Assembly (NCBI GenBank): GCA_964016885.1 | Contig: OZ024742.1 | Location: 348,564,001-348,628,000, forward strand | Origin: Eledone cirrhosa | Lineage: Eukaryota | Length of the DNA: 64,000 bases | Direction of reading: 5' to 3' | Shown here: piece after piece, positions 62,996 to 64,000 of the stretch | How the letters are laid out: the number at the start of each line of letters is the position of its first letter | How positions within the stretch are numbered: the first letter of the stretch is position 1 | Translations under genes and position numbers: made by a program | Notes under the pieces: generated by a model | What the model saw: the letters and a program-made list of their open reading frames with translations, nothing else | Database searches by the model: none | What the model was told of the DNA's origin: nothing

Positions 62996-64000
62996 AGTGT
63001 AGGTGAACAGTTAAGGTGTTCTATTCAGGTGTAGTTGGACAGTTAAGGTGTTCTACTCAGGTGTAGTTGGACAGTTAATGTGTTCTACTCAGGTGTGGTT
63101 GGACAGTTAAGGTGTTCTACTGATGTATGGTTGGAGAGTTAAGGTGTTCTACTCAGGTGTGGTTGGACAGTTAAGGTGTTCTACTCAAGTGTAGGTGAAC
63201 AGTTAAGGTGTTCTATTCAGGTGTAGTTGGACAGTTAAGGTGTTGTACTCAGGTGGGGCTGAACAGTTAAGGTGTTCTACTCAGGTGTAGTTGGACAGTT
63301 AAGGTGTTCTATTCAGGTGTGGTTGAACAGTTAAGGTGTTCTACTGATGTATGTTTGGACAGTTAAGGTGTTCTACTCAGGTGTAGTTGAACAGTTAAGT
63401 TGTTCTACTCAGGTGTGGTTGGACAGTTAAGGTGTTCTATTCAGGTGTGGTTGAACAGTTAAGGTGTTCTACTGATGTGTGGTTGGACAGTTAAGGTGTC
63501 CTACTCAGGTGTAGTTGAACAGTTAAGGTGTTCTATTCAGGTGTGGTTGAACAGTGAAGGTGTTCTACTCAGGTGTAGTTGGACAGTTAAGGTGTTCTAC
63601 TCAGGTGTAGTTGGACAGTTAAGGTGTTGTACTTAAGTGTGGTTGGTTAGTTAAGGTGTTCTACTCAGGTGTAGTTGGACATGTAAGGTGTTCTATTCAG
63701 GTGTAGTTGGACAGTTAAGGTGTTCTACTCAGGTGTGGTTGAACAGTTAATGTGTTCTACTCAGGTGTAGTTGAACAGTTAAGGTGTTCTACTCAGGTGT
63801 AGTTGGACAGTTAAGGTGTTCTATTGAGGTGTGGTTGAACAGTTAAGGTGTTCGACTGATGTGTGGTTGGACAGTTAAGGTGTTCTACTCAGGTGTAGTT
63901 GAACAGTTAAGATGTTCTACTCAGGTGTAGTTAGACAGTTAAGGTGTTCTATTCAGGTGTGGTTGAACAGTTAAGGTGTTCTACTGATGTGTGGTTGGAC

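Larger units (their letters stand above)
1..64000 (+). repeat. 32-bp tandem satellite/minisatellite array (~2,000 monomers, single orientation, truncated by both window edges)
   Basis: Unit starts recur every 32 nt (1, 33, 65, ...; last start 63983). Consensus actcaggtgtRgttgRacagttaaggtgttct is 7A/4C/10G/11T (44% GC, 66% G+T on + strand). The net register shift of +14 over the window equals the sum of the 22 small indels seen. No non-repeat sequence found. Confidence 0.99.

Noticed and set aside
1-64000. CRISPR array (32-bp repeat with weak dyad symmetry)
   Set aside because: Units abut directly with no unique spacers, variation is scattered point substitution, and there is no leader or cas gene in the window.
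1-64000. Repetitive protein-coding ORF (mucin/adhesin-like) on either strand
   Set aside because: 32 is not a multiple of 3, and the near-invariant palindromic TTAA gives TAA on both strands. Every frame therefore meets a stop about every 96 bp, with extra TAG/TGA stops.
1-64000. Satellite-encoded hammerhead ribozyme (CTGATG in B units; CTGAGTAGAAC on the minus strand)
   Set aside because: The core needs CUGANGA and GAAA with three stems. Here the sequences are CUGAUGU or CUGAGUA and GAAC, and the required helices are absent.
1-64000. Telomerase-made telomeric repeat (G/T-rich strand, GGTGT cores like long budding-yeast repeats, ttagttaagg resembling TTAGG)
   Set aside because: There are no canonical TTAGGG/TTAGG runs. 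Multi-kb duplications of variant patterns indicate recombinational amplification rather than templated addition. A subtelomeric location or a recombination-maintained chromosome end cannot be excluded from this window alone.
1-64000. Embedded transposon, unique island or strand inversion
   Set aside because: Every stretch read conforms to the monomer in the same orientation. The reverse-complement unit (agaacaccttaactgtcc) was not seen on the + strand, and register accounting leaves no room for an insert other than whole-unit multiples.
1-64000. A single fixed-length higher-order repeat across the window
   Set aside because: Marker offsets vary widely (256, 288, 1152-1312, 1408, 1472, 1601, 3008, ~3800, 4546, 6020, ~10700 bp), so no single period fits.
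1-64000. Purely synthetic or sequencing-artefact concatemer
   Set aside because: Hierarchically shared variants, position-restricted alleles and very few indels fit evolutionary duplication, not random error on one template. Individual near-identical duplications could still be assembly artefacts.

Overview
The whole 64-kb window is one uninterrupted, head-to-tail tandem array of a 32-bp monomer, consensus ACTCAGGTGT(A/G)GTTG(G/A)ACAGTTAAGGTGTTCT. It holds about 1,999 full units plus an 18-bp partial unit, all in one orientation, and runs off both ends. I see no unique sequence, genes, RNA genes, transposon insertions, inversions or CRISPR spacers. It reads as eukaryote-style satellite/minisatellite DNA; I do not recognise the family or the organism. 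The information lies in the variant pattern. There are two monomer subtypes plus recombinants, and only 22 indel-bearing units, traceable to 9 events. Nested higher-order duplications run from 256 bp to about 11 kb. Spatial layers carry private marker alleles, and a more diverged zone lies at about 44.7-51.5 kb. Functional ideas (TF-motif array, hairpin or G4 switching, splice-like signals) are hypotheses only. I cannot support a claim of a new protein-coding or defence system here. All coordinates were read by eye and boundaries are approximate.
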